Positions 8,257-15,977 of a DNA stretch of 20,000 bases are shown here, piece after piece (positions within the stretch are counted from its first letter, which is position 1; the number at the start of each line of letters is the position of its first letter). Position numbers and translations under genes: made by a program. The DNA is taken from the IMG/VR virus record IMGVR_UViG_3300043803_001397; one strand, written 5' to 3'. This DNA is from an uncultured virus (IMG/VR IMGVR_UViG_3300043803_001397) (Duplodnaviria > Heunggongvirae > Uroviricota > Caudoviricetes). The notes below the pieces were generated by a model. That model did not search any database and was not told where the DNA came from. It worked only from the letters and a program-made list of their open reading frames with translations.

Positions 8257-10659
8257 TTAAACATATTGTAAATAAATATCTCCGTCATTACCTCCACTTG
8301 GTGCTGCTGTTCCACTTGTTATCTGTTTAACACCACCATCTGCATAAAGAACTTGTGAACTTGTTCCACCCGACCTTACAAAAGAACCACCCGTAACAGT
8401 TCCACGAAGTAGTGTTTGAGTTATAGAACTATTTCCTAATGTTACTGTGTTGCTTCCTTGTCCTATTGCATTGTGACCTATTACTATTTCATTGGTATTC
8501 GTTGCTGCTGATGGTCTTGCATCTTCTCCAATAAATATACTTTGAGAACTTCCTGTGTTATTGCCTCCTCCGCTAATGTATCTTCCTGCATCAACTCCAA
8601 TAGCGATGTTACTTGATTGAGTAGTAATATTGTATAATGTTCTTGGACCTATACCAACATTGTTGTTTCCTTCTGTCAGGGAAACTAACGAAAGAGTACC
8701 TATTCCTGTATTAAAGTTACCTGTAGTATTGTTATATAATGAACTACTACCAAAACCGGTATTACTATTACCGGTTGTATTCGACCTTAATGAACTTTGC
8801 CCAAAAGCATCATTGCAACATCCTGTTGTTGTAAGTCTTAATGTTTCATGACCAATAGCGGTATTTTGATACCCTGATGTAGTACTTAATAACGCATTAA
8901 TACCGAAAGAAGTATTTTGACCTCCATTAGTGGCACTTTGCCCTCCACCACCTGCCCATAAATTCTCAAATCCACTCCCTGCATTTCGTGTGCTTATTAA
9001 AGCAGTTTGTCCATTTGTATTTACTTTTAATTCAGTAGCTATTGCAGAGCCGTTTACTTGTAGTTTATCTACTCCGTTGTCGGTAGTTGAGTTTACTACT
9101 AACACAGCGCCATTACCAGGATTATTTGTAACAAAAACCCTATCAGTAAGATACGTTTGACCAACTCCCGAATTGGCATTAAAATATAAACATGTTGTCC
9201 ATGATGCAGAATCGTTTCTGTGCTGAATATAAAACTGTCCTGTTGTGTATTGTCCAAAAAGCCTGCCACCCCATCCATTAGAAATATTTCTTGCAAAAAT
9301 CTCTATAGAAGCGTCAGCAGCACCCGTTCCAATATTTAGTATTTGACTTGAGTTATTCCAAGTAAAAGCACTGCTTCCTGCAAAAGCCCCCGAATTGTTG
9401 TACTGAACTTGTGTATTTGAACCACCGGGAGTTCCTCCACCACCACCTGCTGGTACTGCCCAAACTCCATCTGCACGAAGGAAATTAGTTGTACCACCTA
9501 CACTAACAGGAACTAAACCTTTTATACTACCTGCAAATGAATCTAATAGGGTAGTTACTTGTGTTCCCGTTAAATCTTCAACGTTGCCAGTTGCTGCCGT
9601 TACTCTACCTTTTATTCTTGCAGTTGCTATTTGAGCAAGCATAGCATTGGTAACTACGTTATTGGCTATTGTAGTTGTTATGGAAGTAGTTCCTGAACCT
9701 GTTACGTTTCCGCTTAGTGTTATGGTTTGATTGGCAGTGATGTATACACTAGTATCAAACACCCATGTATTAGTACCTGTTCCTGTATATCTCAAAAATC
9801 CTGCAGATGCTCCTAATGTAGGTAGAGTCACACCTCTTAATGCTACAACAGTTAATGTTGTTGCACCTGTAGCATCACCCGTGTGTGTAGCATTAGATAC
9901 CAATCCTGAATATAAAGAGTTTACAGCATTGTCTCCACTATTGGTACCACTTAAGTTAGCTACAGCTCCATTAGCTAACATAGCATTTGTAATAGCTCCG
10001 TTAGCAATAGCTGTTGTAATAGATGTTGCACCTGATCCTGTCACCACTCCTGTAAGAGTGATTGTTTGGTTAGCTGTGAGGAATGTTGACGTAAAATATT
10101 CTAAAGCTGTACCACCTGCATTAACTCTTATAAGTTGATTTGCTGAACCAAGTGAACCAAGACCTGTACCTCCTCTAGAAACTGCAAGTGTACCTGTCCA
10201 TCCTAATGTCAAAGAAGCTGCTCTAAGTAAAGAAGTAGCTGGAGTTCCACCTAAAGTTAATGTTACGTTAGTATCATTACTACTAGTGAGTGCAGCTCCT
10301 GTTATATCAGATCCTGTTATTGTTGCCCAAGTTGGAGCAGCAGAAGCAGATCCTGTACCAGTTTGTGATAGAAACTGTCTAGTAGTTGTTATATTACCAG
10401 CTAGTCTTGTAACAGCACCAGAAGCTCCACCATATATAATGTCACCTAATGCAGTCATTGGGTTTGTTAGTCCAGCCCCAGCTATTGCTTGCCATAAAGT
10501 GGTTGTTCCATTATAATAAAAAAACTGCTTTGATGCATTATTATAATAAATCTGCCCATCCACTCCAGAAGCAGGAGCAGATGATCTACTATCTAAAACA
10601 GCATTTAATAGCTGATTTTGAACTAAGTCAATATCGTGTAGATATTTTTTAGATGGCAT
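8257..10659 (-). CDS. Tail/head fibre protein with YadA-head-like (NTAIG) repeats
   Basis: 800 aa. N-terminus DIDLVQNQLLNAVL...APAS..DGQIYYN, TANQTITLxG repeats, ~14-aa NTTGxxNTxxG repeats (about 8420-8930) and C-terminal TAAPSGGNDGDIYLQYV. Confidence 0.85.
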   Translation of the reverse strand: MPSKKYLHDIDLVQNQLLNAVLDSRSSAPASGVDGQIYYNNASKQFFYYNGTTTLWQAIAGAGLTNPMTALGDIIYGGASGAVTRLAGNITTTRQFLSQTGTGSASAAPTWATITGSDITGAALTSSNDTNVTLTLGGTPATSLLRAASLTLGWTGTLAVSRGGTGLGSLGSANQLIRVNAGGTALEYFTSTFLTANQTITLTGVVTGSGATSITTAIANGAITNAMLANGAVANLSGTNSGDNAVNSLYSGLVSNATHTGDATGATTLTVVALRGVTLPTLGASAGFLRYTGTGTNTWVFDTSVYITANQTITLSGNVTGSGTTSITTTIANNVVTNAMLAQIATARIKGRVTAATGNVEDLTGTQVTTLLDSFAGSIKGLVPVSVGGTTNFLRADGVWAVPAGGGGGTPGGSNTQVQYNNSGAFAGSSAFTWNNSSQILNIGTGAADASIEIFARNISNGWGGRLFGQYTTGQFYIQHRNDSASWTTCLYFNANSGVGQTYLTDRVFVTNNPGNGAVLVVNSTTDNGVDKLQVNGSAIATELKVNTNGQTALISTRNAGSGFENLWAGGGGQSATNGGQNTSFGINALLSTTSGYQNTAIGHETLRLTTTGCCNDAFGQSSLRSNTTGNSNTGFGSSSLYNNTTGNFNTGIGTLSLVSLTEGNNNVGIGPRTLYNITTQSSNIAIGVDAGRYISGGGNNTGSSQSIFIGEDARPSAATNTNEIVIGHNAIGQGSNTVTLGNSSITQTLLRGTVTGGSFVRSGGTSSQVLYADGGVKQITSGTAAPSGGNDGDIYLQYV

Positions 10660-10660
10660 C

Positions 10661-11251
10661 TTAAGTTAAATATGCTGTTCCAGTGACAGGCAGTGAAAAA
10701 GTTAATACCAAGGTTGTTGTATTAGCAGATGTTACAGAGCCAATCAATTCTACACCTCCTCCATCTAAAACAAATACATTTGGAATAAACCCTAAGTTGT
10801 GAGTTATAGTCCAAGTGGTTGCAGCAACAGATTGTGTATGAATATAATCAGCTGTTCCTCCACCAATATTTACAGTGGGGTTTAGATTAATTCTAGTTAT
10901 ACAACCACCGCTATTAACATCAATAATATTCTGTGTTCCACCTGGATAGGTATATCCTAAAGATAATGCTGCAGGAGAACACTGAGAAGATGTTCCGGAC
11001 TCAATTGTTCCAGAAGTATTCACTTCATAAATAACAGGAAGCCAAGTGTTATATTGTATAGAAGCAGTTGTTAAAGCATCATTATCTTCATTAAGCTGCC
11101 AATCAACAATATGCTTTCTAATAACAGCTTGATCATAAGAAGACTTTGTTTTACAACTGTTAATACCATAACGTATGGATTTAAACAATTGCTCTACAGC
11201 ACCTGCAAACGTCTTATTATGTTCCACTATATTAGGAAGTAAGTTTCTCAT
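10661..11251 (-). CDS. Putative tail hub-like protein with C-terminal WTITHNLG fibre-attachment-type domain
   Basis: 196 aa. Helical N-terminus (IRYGINSC) and C-terminal YIHTQSVAATTWTITHNLG...LVLTFSLPVTGTAYLT domain, a type commonly found next to fibre genes. Confidence 0.55.
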   Translation of the reverse strand: MRNLLPNIVEHNKTFAGAVEQLFKSIRYGINSCKTKSSYDQAVIRKHIVDWQLNEDNDALTTASIQYNTWLPVIYEVNTSGTIESGTSSQCSPAALSLGYTYPGGTQNIIDVNSGGCITRINLNPTVNIGGGTADYIHTQSVAATTWTITHNLGFIPNVFVLDGGGVELIGSVTSANTTTLVLTFSLPVTGTAYLT

Positions 11252-11256
11252 TTTTA

Positions 11257-11400
11257 TTATTGTTGCAATGCGTTTATGTTATTTTGTAACATTTGTTCAT
11301 AAACAGGAATACAGTTTGAACAAACTTTTACTCCATTAGAAGCAGTTCTTATTTGACAAGAACAAGTAAAAGGAGATCCGCAATTTGAGCATTGTCCCAT
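11257..11400 (-). CDS. 47-aa Cys-rich (CxxC-CxC-CxxC) small protein
   Basis: Not in the ORF track. MGQCSNCGSPFTCSCQIRTASNGVKVCSNCIPVYEQMLQNNINALQQ*. Preceded by the AAAAACCAA leader seen at other genes. Confidence 0.85.
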   Translation of the reverse strand: MGQCSNCGSPFTCSCQIRTASNGVKVCSNCIPVYEQMLQNNINALQQ

Positions 11401-11418
11401 AAAATTGGTTTTTATTTA

Positions 11419-11961
11419 TTAATTACAAGAATCAGCAAGTTTTAAAAGTCTTTTTTGACCATATATAAGTATATCCATACCAGCTTGCAAATCATGACAG
11501 TACTCCACTTTTGCTTTAGCACCATCAATGAAATTTTTTATCAAAGACAATTCTTTAAGTTGTTCTTTTACATCTGCATCAGGCTCACAAGCTGACATCT
11601 CAAGTTTACACAACTCTTTATAATAAAGATTATTTGTTTGAGTTATTCTTAAATGATTATACTCAACATACACTGAAGAGTTGGGAGAAACAGAGAATCT
11701 AATAATATAAATACCATCAGGTAAAACTTGAGAATTTTCACATCCCGATGTTTGTATACCAAGAGTGCATGCATTTAATATCAAATTAAATCCACTCTGA
11801 ACATCTATATTAACAGGTTGACTAAAACCAGGAGAAGTGATTTGTAAAAGACCACAATCTACAGGAAGATTTTCACTATAAGTACTAGTATCAGCCACTC
11901 TAAACACCTTAGTGTTGTTAGTGTCTAGTATTTCTAAACTTAACTGATGTTTACTAGGCAT
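11419..11961 (-). CDS. Putative tail hub (fibre attachment) protein
   Basis: 180 aa. Ig-like beta N-terminus with LPDGIYIIRF followed by a Cys-containing helical C-terminus. Position after the auxiliary capsid gene resembles crAss-like gene order. Confidence 0.55.
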   Translation of the reverse strand: MPSKHQLSLEILDTNNTKVFRVADTSTYSENLPVDCGLLQITSPGFSQPVNIDVQSGFNLILNACTLGIQTSGCENSQVLPDGIYIIRFSVSPNSSVYVEYNHLRITQTNNLYYKELCKLEMSACEPDADVKEQLKELSLIKNFIDGAKAKVEYCHDLQAGMDILIYGQKRLLKLADSCN

Positions 11962-12003
11962 TGATATAAACTTTAATAATTTATTGTAATTTTAGACAGA
12001 ACT

Positions 12004-12020
12004 CTTCAATAATAATTTAC
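12004..12020 (-). promoter_or_regulatory. Candidate late promoter motif GTAAATTATTATTGAAG
   Basis: Lies between the terminator and the 180-aa gene; 13/17 identical to the motif at 18946-18962. Confidence 0.4.
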
Positions 12021-12040
12021 TGAATTTTTATGACTTCTCC

Positions 12041-12081
12041 AAAAACAAAAAGGGAGGTGTACAACAAGTGTACACACTCCC
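12041..12081 (-). terminator. Rho-independent terminator after the auxiliary capsid gene
   Basis: Minus strand GGGAG(T)GTGTACA-CTTGT-TGTACACCTCCC followed by TTTTTGTTTTT, about 25 nt after the stop codon. Confidence 0.9.
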
Positions 12082-12105
12082 AAATTGTCATAGGGTATAA
12101 ATTGC

Positions 12106-13614
12106 TTAGTAAGTTTCCAAAGCAATGCTGTTAGCACCCTGAGCAGCGTTAGCAGCAGTAACGAAATAGTTAGTAATAGCAGTGGTAGCTACACCGTTAA
12201 GTACGTTGAATACCAAAGCATACTGATCATTATCAAAAGTTCCATTAGGATTGCTCCAACGAGGAACGTTGTGAAGAACAATTACTTTTTCATATAGAGA
12301 TGCACGTGTAACTTGAGCCAGCATAGGATCTGCTTCAATCTCACGCATACGCAAATGATCTACACGGCTACTATCAGGATAGGCATTCTGAAGATAACGT
12401 CCGTCAAGAATCAATTCACGCAGTAAGGTTTCACCCAATCCAGAAGCTTGCTGGATAGCTTGAATTTCAATACCGTGGCTAGACAAATAAGGATTGGCTG
12501 TAGAGATTGCAGCAGTATTTGCTACAAAAGGAGCAGAAATACATACATCGCCACTCTCATCCACTACAGAAGCATAACCTACTAAAGGCTCAAGCTCATA
12601 TTTGTCAGTGGGAGTGAAAGTGCAGTTACCAAAGGTAGTTTCAACAAAACCAAGTGTCAGTTCAATGTGAGGGTTACCATTTGCATAAGTAAAGCTAGCA
12701 GCATCAGCATCTGCAGTATAAACTACAGCACCATTACCGGAAGCAGCAACTGAAGCATCAGAAACTACAGTGGTACCAGGAATAAATACTGAACCAGATA
12801 CTGCCTCAGAATAAAGGTCATTCCAGAAGCTTACAGATACAGTACCAGCAATAGTTGGAGCTACAAGCTGAGTAGGATAGTTAACAGTTGCAGTGTTAGT
12901 AACAATGTTAGTAATAAAGGCGTTGGCAGGAATACCAGTACCACTTACTTTTTGACCAATGGCAGCATAAGCTGGAATTGTACCCCAAGTGATAGAACAG
13001 CTAGTAGTCGTGATAGAAGCTACAGAAGTAGCAGCAGCAGCTGCACCGGCAGCTTTATACACACGAGCTTTTACCATTTGGTCAAACAAAGGATAGGTGT
13101 TAATTTGATCTCTCCATGCCAACAAAGCCAAAACTGGATCCTTTCTAAAGGCAGGGTTGGTAGCGTTTACACAACCAGACCAAAAGTCTACAGTTCTGTA
13201 TAGCTGATGGCTCAAATAACGCAAAGCTGGAGAACCTTTAATGTCTACACGAAGTCTGTAAGTTTCATCAGAAAGAAGACCAGTACCGTTTGCACTTACA
13301 CGTACAACTTGGTTTTGAGCAGCTCTTGCTGGAATACGAAGAACACGACTAATAAACCGAGGATTTACAAGCTTAGACTTCATAGATTCTCTGTAGCCAC
13401 CATGAGAACCGATCCTGTCATTTGTGTAATAAGATCCCTGAATGACAAAAAAGGGAGTTACACCAGCAGCAACAGTTGCAAGTGTAGAGTTAGTAGCACT
13501 AGTGGGAGCATACATACCAATCTGTCCTGCAGTGAGGGCAGTAGTAGCTACGCCTGATGCTAGAGTACCAGAGGAAACCAAGAAAGATTTCCTAAACGCG
13601 TGTGGAAAATACAT
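12106..13614 (-). CDS. Abundant virion protein, probably crAss-like auxiliary capsid (decoration) protein
   Basis: 502 aa. Codon use is biased like the MCP (CGT, AAC, TTC, TAC), a strong terminator follows, and the position matches the crAss-like order MCP - conserved protein - ring - auxiliary capsid - hubs. Confidence 0.6.
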   Translation of the reverse strand: MYFPHAFRKSFLVSSGTLASGVATTALTAGQIGMYAPTSATNSTLATVAAGVTPFFVIQGSYYTNDRIGSHGGYRESMKSKLVNPRFISRVLRIPARAAQNQVVRVSANGTGLLSDETYRLRVDIKGSPALRYLSHQLYRTVDFWSGCVNATNPAFRKDPVLALLAWRDQINTYPLFDQMVKARVYKAAGAAAAATSVASITTTSCSITWGTIPAYAAIGQKVSGTGIPANAFITNIVTNTATVNYPTQLVAPTIAGTVSVSFWNDLYSEAVSGSVFIPGTTVVSDASVAASGNGAVVYTADADAASFTYANGNPHIELTLGFVETTFGNCTFTPTDKYELEPLVGYASVVDESGDVCISAPFVANTAAISTANPYLSSHGIEIQAIQQASGLGETLLRELILDGRYLQNAYPDSSRVDHLRMREIEADPMLAQVTRASLYEKVIVLHNVPRWSNPNGTFDNDQYALVFNVLNGVATTAITNYFVTAANAAQGANSIALETY

Positions 13615-13652
13615 AGGATTTGAATTTTGGGGTTATAAAATATACAAAAAAA

Positions 13653-14078
13653 TTATTTAAGAAATAGTAATTTATATTTAATACTGTTAATAGTGCTTTT
13701 TATATTGTCAAGATCATTACTTATTTCACTATATGGCATAACTGCTTGTAAAGAGTTCACCATTGTTGTAATGGTTCTTAAATATGAAAGAGCATCTTGT
13801 ACAGAATTTAGGTTTGTAGGAGCAGAATCAGCATATTCTAAAAGCTTTTCACAAGCACCTTGAAACCCTTCAGCAATCGCATCAGCATGTCCTGGAAGTT
13901 CATCATAAAGTTCATTTAAAGCTTTATGACTTGCAAATGAACCAATACCTGTCACTTTTAAGTGAAGTTTATGAAAACTTGTAGATGCATTCATAAGCTC
14001 TGTAACCAAAGCAGCAGTTTTTGATTCTACTGATGCTCCTGCTGCAGCTGATGTTCCAGGTCTTTGTAACTTTTGCAT
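13653..14078 (-). CDS. Dps/ferritin-like protein
   Basis: 141 aa. HKLHLKVTGIGSFASHKALNELYDEL...DAIAE matches the Dps pattern H-x3-G-x2-F-x2-H...Y...D-x3-E. TAATG overlap with the upstream gene. Confidence 0.8.
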   Translation of the reverse strand: MQKLQRPGTSAAAGASVESKTAALVTELMNASTSFHKLHLKVTGIGSFASHKALNELYDELPGHADAIAEGFQGACEKLLEYADSAPTNLNSVQDALSYLRTITTMVNSLQAVMPYSEISNDLDNIKSTINSIKYKLLFLK

Positions 14079-14779
14079 TAACTATTTTTTATACTATTCT
14101 GTAAGTTACGTTGATACTGATTAATATTTTCAAGGTCACCTGCTAATATTGAAGCAGCATCATCAACAAGTATTTCACAAATATCTTCTTTTAGCTCACA
14201 AACAACATCTGCTGTATAAATACTTCCTGTACTAGGATTTACACAACCTAAAAATTGTACATCTTTAGGTCTTCTATAATAGACAAGACTGATATTTTCT
14301 ACATCAAATTCGTCATTTGTATACACTCTCACTTTATCACTAGCCACTGTACAAAAAGTTTCTGCCCATTCAAAAGAAGGACTCTTAAACTCATCTGATA
14401 AAAGAATGTCTACATTAGCTTCTTCAACCTGATATATTGAAAGATCTACACTTGGACAGCAATCTGTCTTTGCTAAACCACTCACTCTAATAAAATGCAA
14501 ATAGTCAGAAGGAATAACAACCGTTTCATAATACTTGCTTTTTTTCTCAGAAGATAAAGGAACACTACTTAAAAGAACTTGTAAGTCATCTATTGTGTTA
14601 ACACTTTGTTCTGCTGCCTCTTTTTTAGAGTTTAATCCATGCAATTGTCTACGAACCCACTCAATTTGTGCTTTGTTAAAAGCTTCTTGCACCTGCCAAC
14701 ATTCTATGTTATCATAATCAAGACTTGCAAGTTTATTTAAACGTTGCTTTATTTTAATTTGTAACAGGTTATTGTTCAT
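14078..14779 (-). CDS. Putative tail ring (tail tubular/connector) protein
   Basis: 233 aa. AFNKAQ, IPSDYLHFI, LVYYRRP and CEILVDDAASIL motifs resemble crAss ring / P22 gp4-like tubular proteins. Synteny supports this. Confidence 0.7.
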   Translation of the reverse strand: MNNNLLQIKIKQRLNKLASLDYDNIECWQVQEAFNKAQIEWVRRQLHGLNSKKEAAEQSVNTIDDLQVLLSSVPLSSEKKSKYYETVVIPSDYLHFIRVSGLAKTDCCPSVDLSIYQVEEANVDILLSDEFKSPSFEWAETFCTVASDKVRVYTNDEFDVENISLVYYRRPKDVQFLGCVNPSTGSIYTADVVCELKEDICEILVDDAASILAGDLENINQYQRNLQNSIKNS

Positions 14780-14781
14780 AG

Positions 14782-15798
14782 TTATTGATTCCAGTATTTC
14801 TCTACGTTCTTAGTAAGATCCATTAGAATTTCTTCATTTAGAGGGTTTTTAAGATATTCAACCACATCTAAAGTGTTTCTTCCTAACATAGTAGAACTTT
14901 GCATATGATAAATAAAGCCATCACTTTTTGTAGAAATAAACTTATACCAAGAACTATCTTTTACAATGGCTCTAATTTTTAGAGTTTCCATATCCAAAGC
15001 AGCGGCATCTAAAAATCTCTGTGCAGTTTTAGTTTTATCTTTTTCAAAAAGATCACCATTAATATATTTATCCATGTTGTCATAGAAAATATCATGAGGT
15101 GTTGACCTTTTATATTGAGTACTATTAGGATCTAATAATTTAGTTACATAAAAAAGCTTGTTCTGATTTTTATTAAACAGCTTTTCAAGTTCACCAAGAG
15201 CTTTATTACGCAACTTCTTAACTTCTGTTTGTAAAGAAGCTGTTTCTTCTAGTTTATCAAGATAGAATTTAGGTGATACAGCCATTTTACGTGCTTCTTC
15301 TAAACTCTTTGCCACAATTGAAAAACCACCAGCTTCAATAGCATAAAGACGAATTAGATCATAAGGGTCTTTGTCAGGTTCTAGAAAAACAGGTTCATTA
15401 CCACATCTAATTTTAATCTTTTCCCAAAAATCAAAATTATCAGGTTTCAGAAGTTTTATCTTATTCCAGAACTGATCATCATTAGGATCCACTACATTAG
15501 CTGCAAGTTCTTTCTCAAGTTGTGATACAATAAGACGAATATGTTTAATCTTTGCTTCTTGCTCATCTATTGGTAACTGCTTCACTTCAGGTGCAAATTC
15601 ATTAAGACCTGTTAAGTAACGCTTGATACCATTAATCTCTAAACAAGCAAGTTGCTCTTCATGAAAGGCTCCATCAAAAAGACTAAGTCCATACTTCTGA
15701 AGTCCCATATTTTCAACTGAAGAGTTGAAATAAGGACGAATAGCAATACTAGATTTCTTGTTTTGTGGGTATTTTTCCACAATAGTCACACTACTCAT
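14782..15798 (-). CDS. Conserved crAss-like protein downstream of the MCP (function unknown)
   Basis: 338 aa, charged and helical. C-terminal LG....VVEYLKNPLNEEI motif; immediately follows the MCP. Confidence 0.6.
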   Translation of the reverse strand: MSSVTIVEKYPQNKKSSIAIRPYFNSSVENMGLQKYGLSLFDGAFHEEQLACLEINGIKRYLTGLNEFAPEVKQLPIDEQEAKIKHIRLIVSQLEKELAANVVDPNDDQFWNKIKLLKPDNFDFWEKIKIRCGNEPVFLEPDKDPYDLIRLYAIEAGGFSIVAKSLEEARKMAVSPKFYLDKLEETASLQTEVKKLRNKALGELEKLFNKNQNKLFYVTKLLDPNSTQYKRSTPHDIFYDNMDKYINGDLFEKDKTKTAQRFLDAAALDMETLKIRAIVKDSSWYKFISTKSDGFIYHMQSSTMLGRNTLDVVEYLKNPLNEEILMDLTKNVEKYWNQ

Positions 15799-15821
15799 GT
15801 TTGGTTTTTTTTATTTTAAAC

Positions 15822-15970
15822 TGTGCGGAATTTCCGAACAATTGAACCTGTTGAGAGTTGCAAACTCCCCGTGTGATCAGTCACGGTGTGCGTACAACAG
15901 GTGATCTTAGGATACTATCCTAAGAGGGGGTATCTTTACCCCCGGGTTTGATAAGTCAGGGACCCGGGGG
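15822..15970 (-). ncRNA. Structured intergenic RNA including a tRNA-like element (15845-15902)
   Basis: GC-rich island with several helices: CCCCCGGGU/ACCCGGGGG, GGGGGUA/UACCCCC, UCUUAGGA/UCCUAAGA, ACCUGUU/AACAGGU enclosing two hairpins, and CGGA/UCCG. Confidence 0.6.
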
Positions 15971-15977
15971 AATCAGA

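Noticed and set aside
8420..8930. Periodic repeats as a CRISPR array or DNA repeat
   Set aside because: They are degenerate 14-aa protein repeats (NTAIG type) with no fixed nucleotide repeat-spacer pattern.
194..10659. Diversity-generating retroelement or invertase shufflon acting on the fibres
   Set aside because: No reverse transcriptase or recombinase in the window, no adenine-specific TR/VR pair noticed, and no inverted cassettes.
15826..15836. CGGAATTTCCG palindrome as a standalone operator
   Set aside because: Single short copy; more simply read as the last hairpin of the structured intergenic region.
15845..15902. Canonical tRNA-Ile(GAU) or hammerhead ribozyme
   Set aside because: No D arm, 8-nt central loop, non-canonical T loop and no CCA. 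CUGAUCA does not fit the CUGANGA core. Kept only as tRNA-like.
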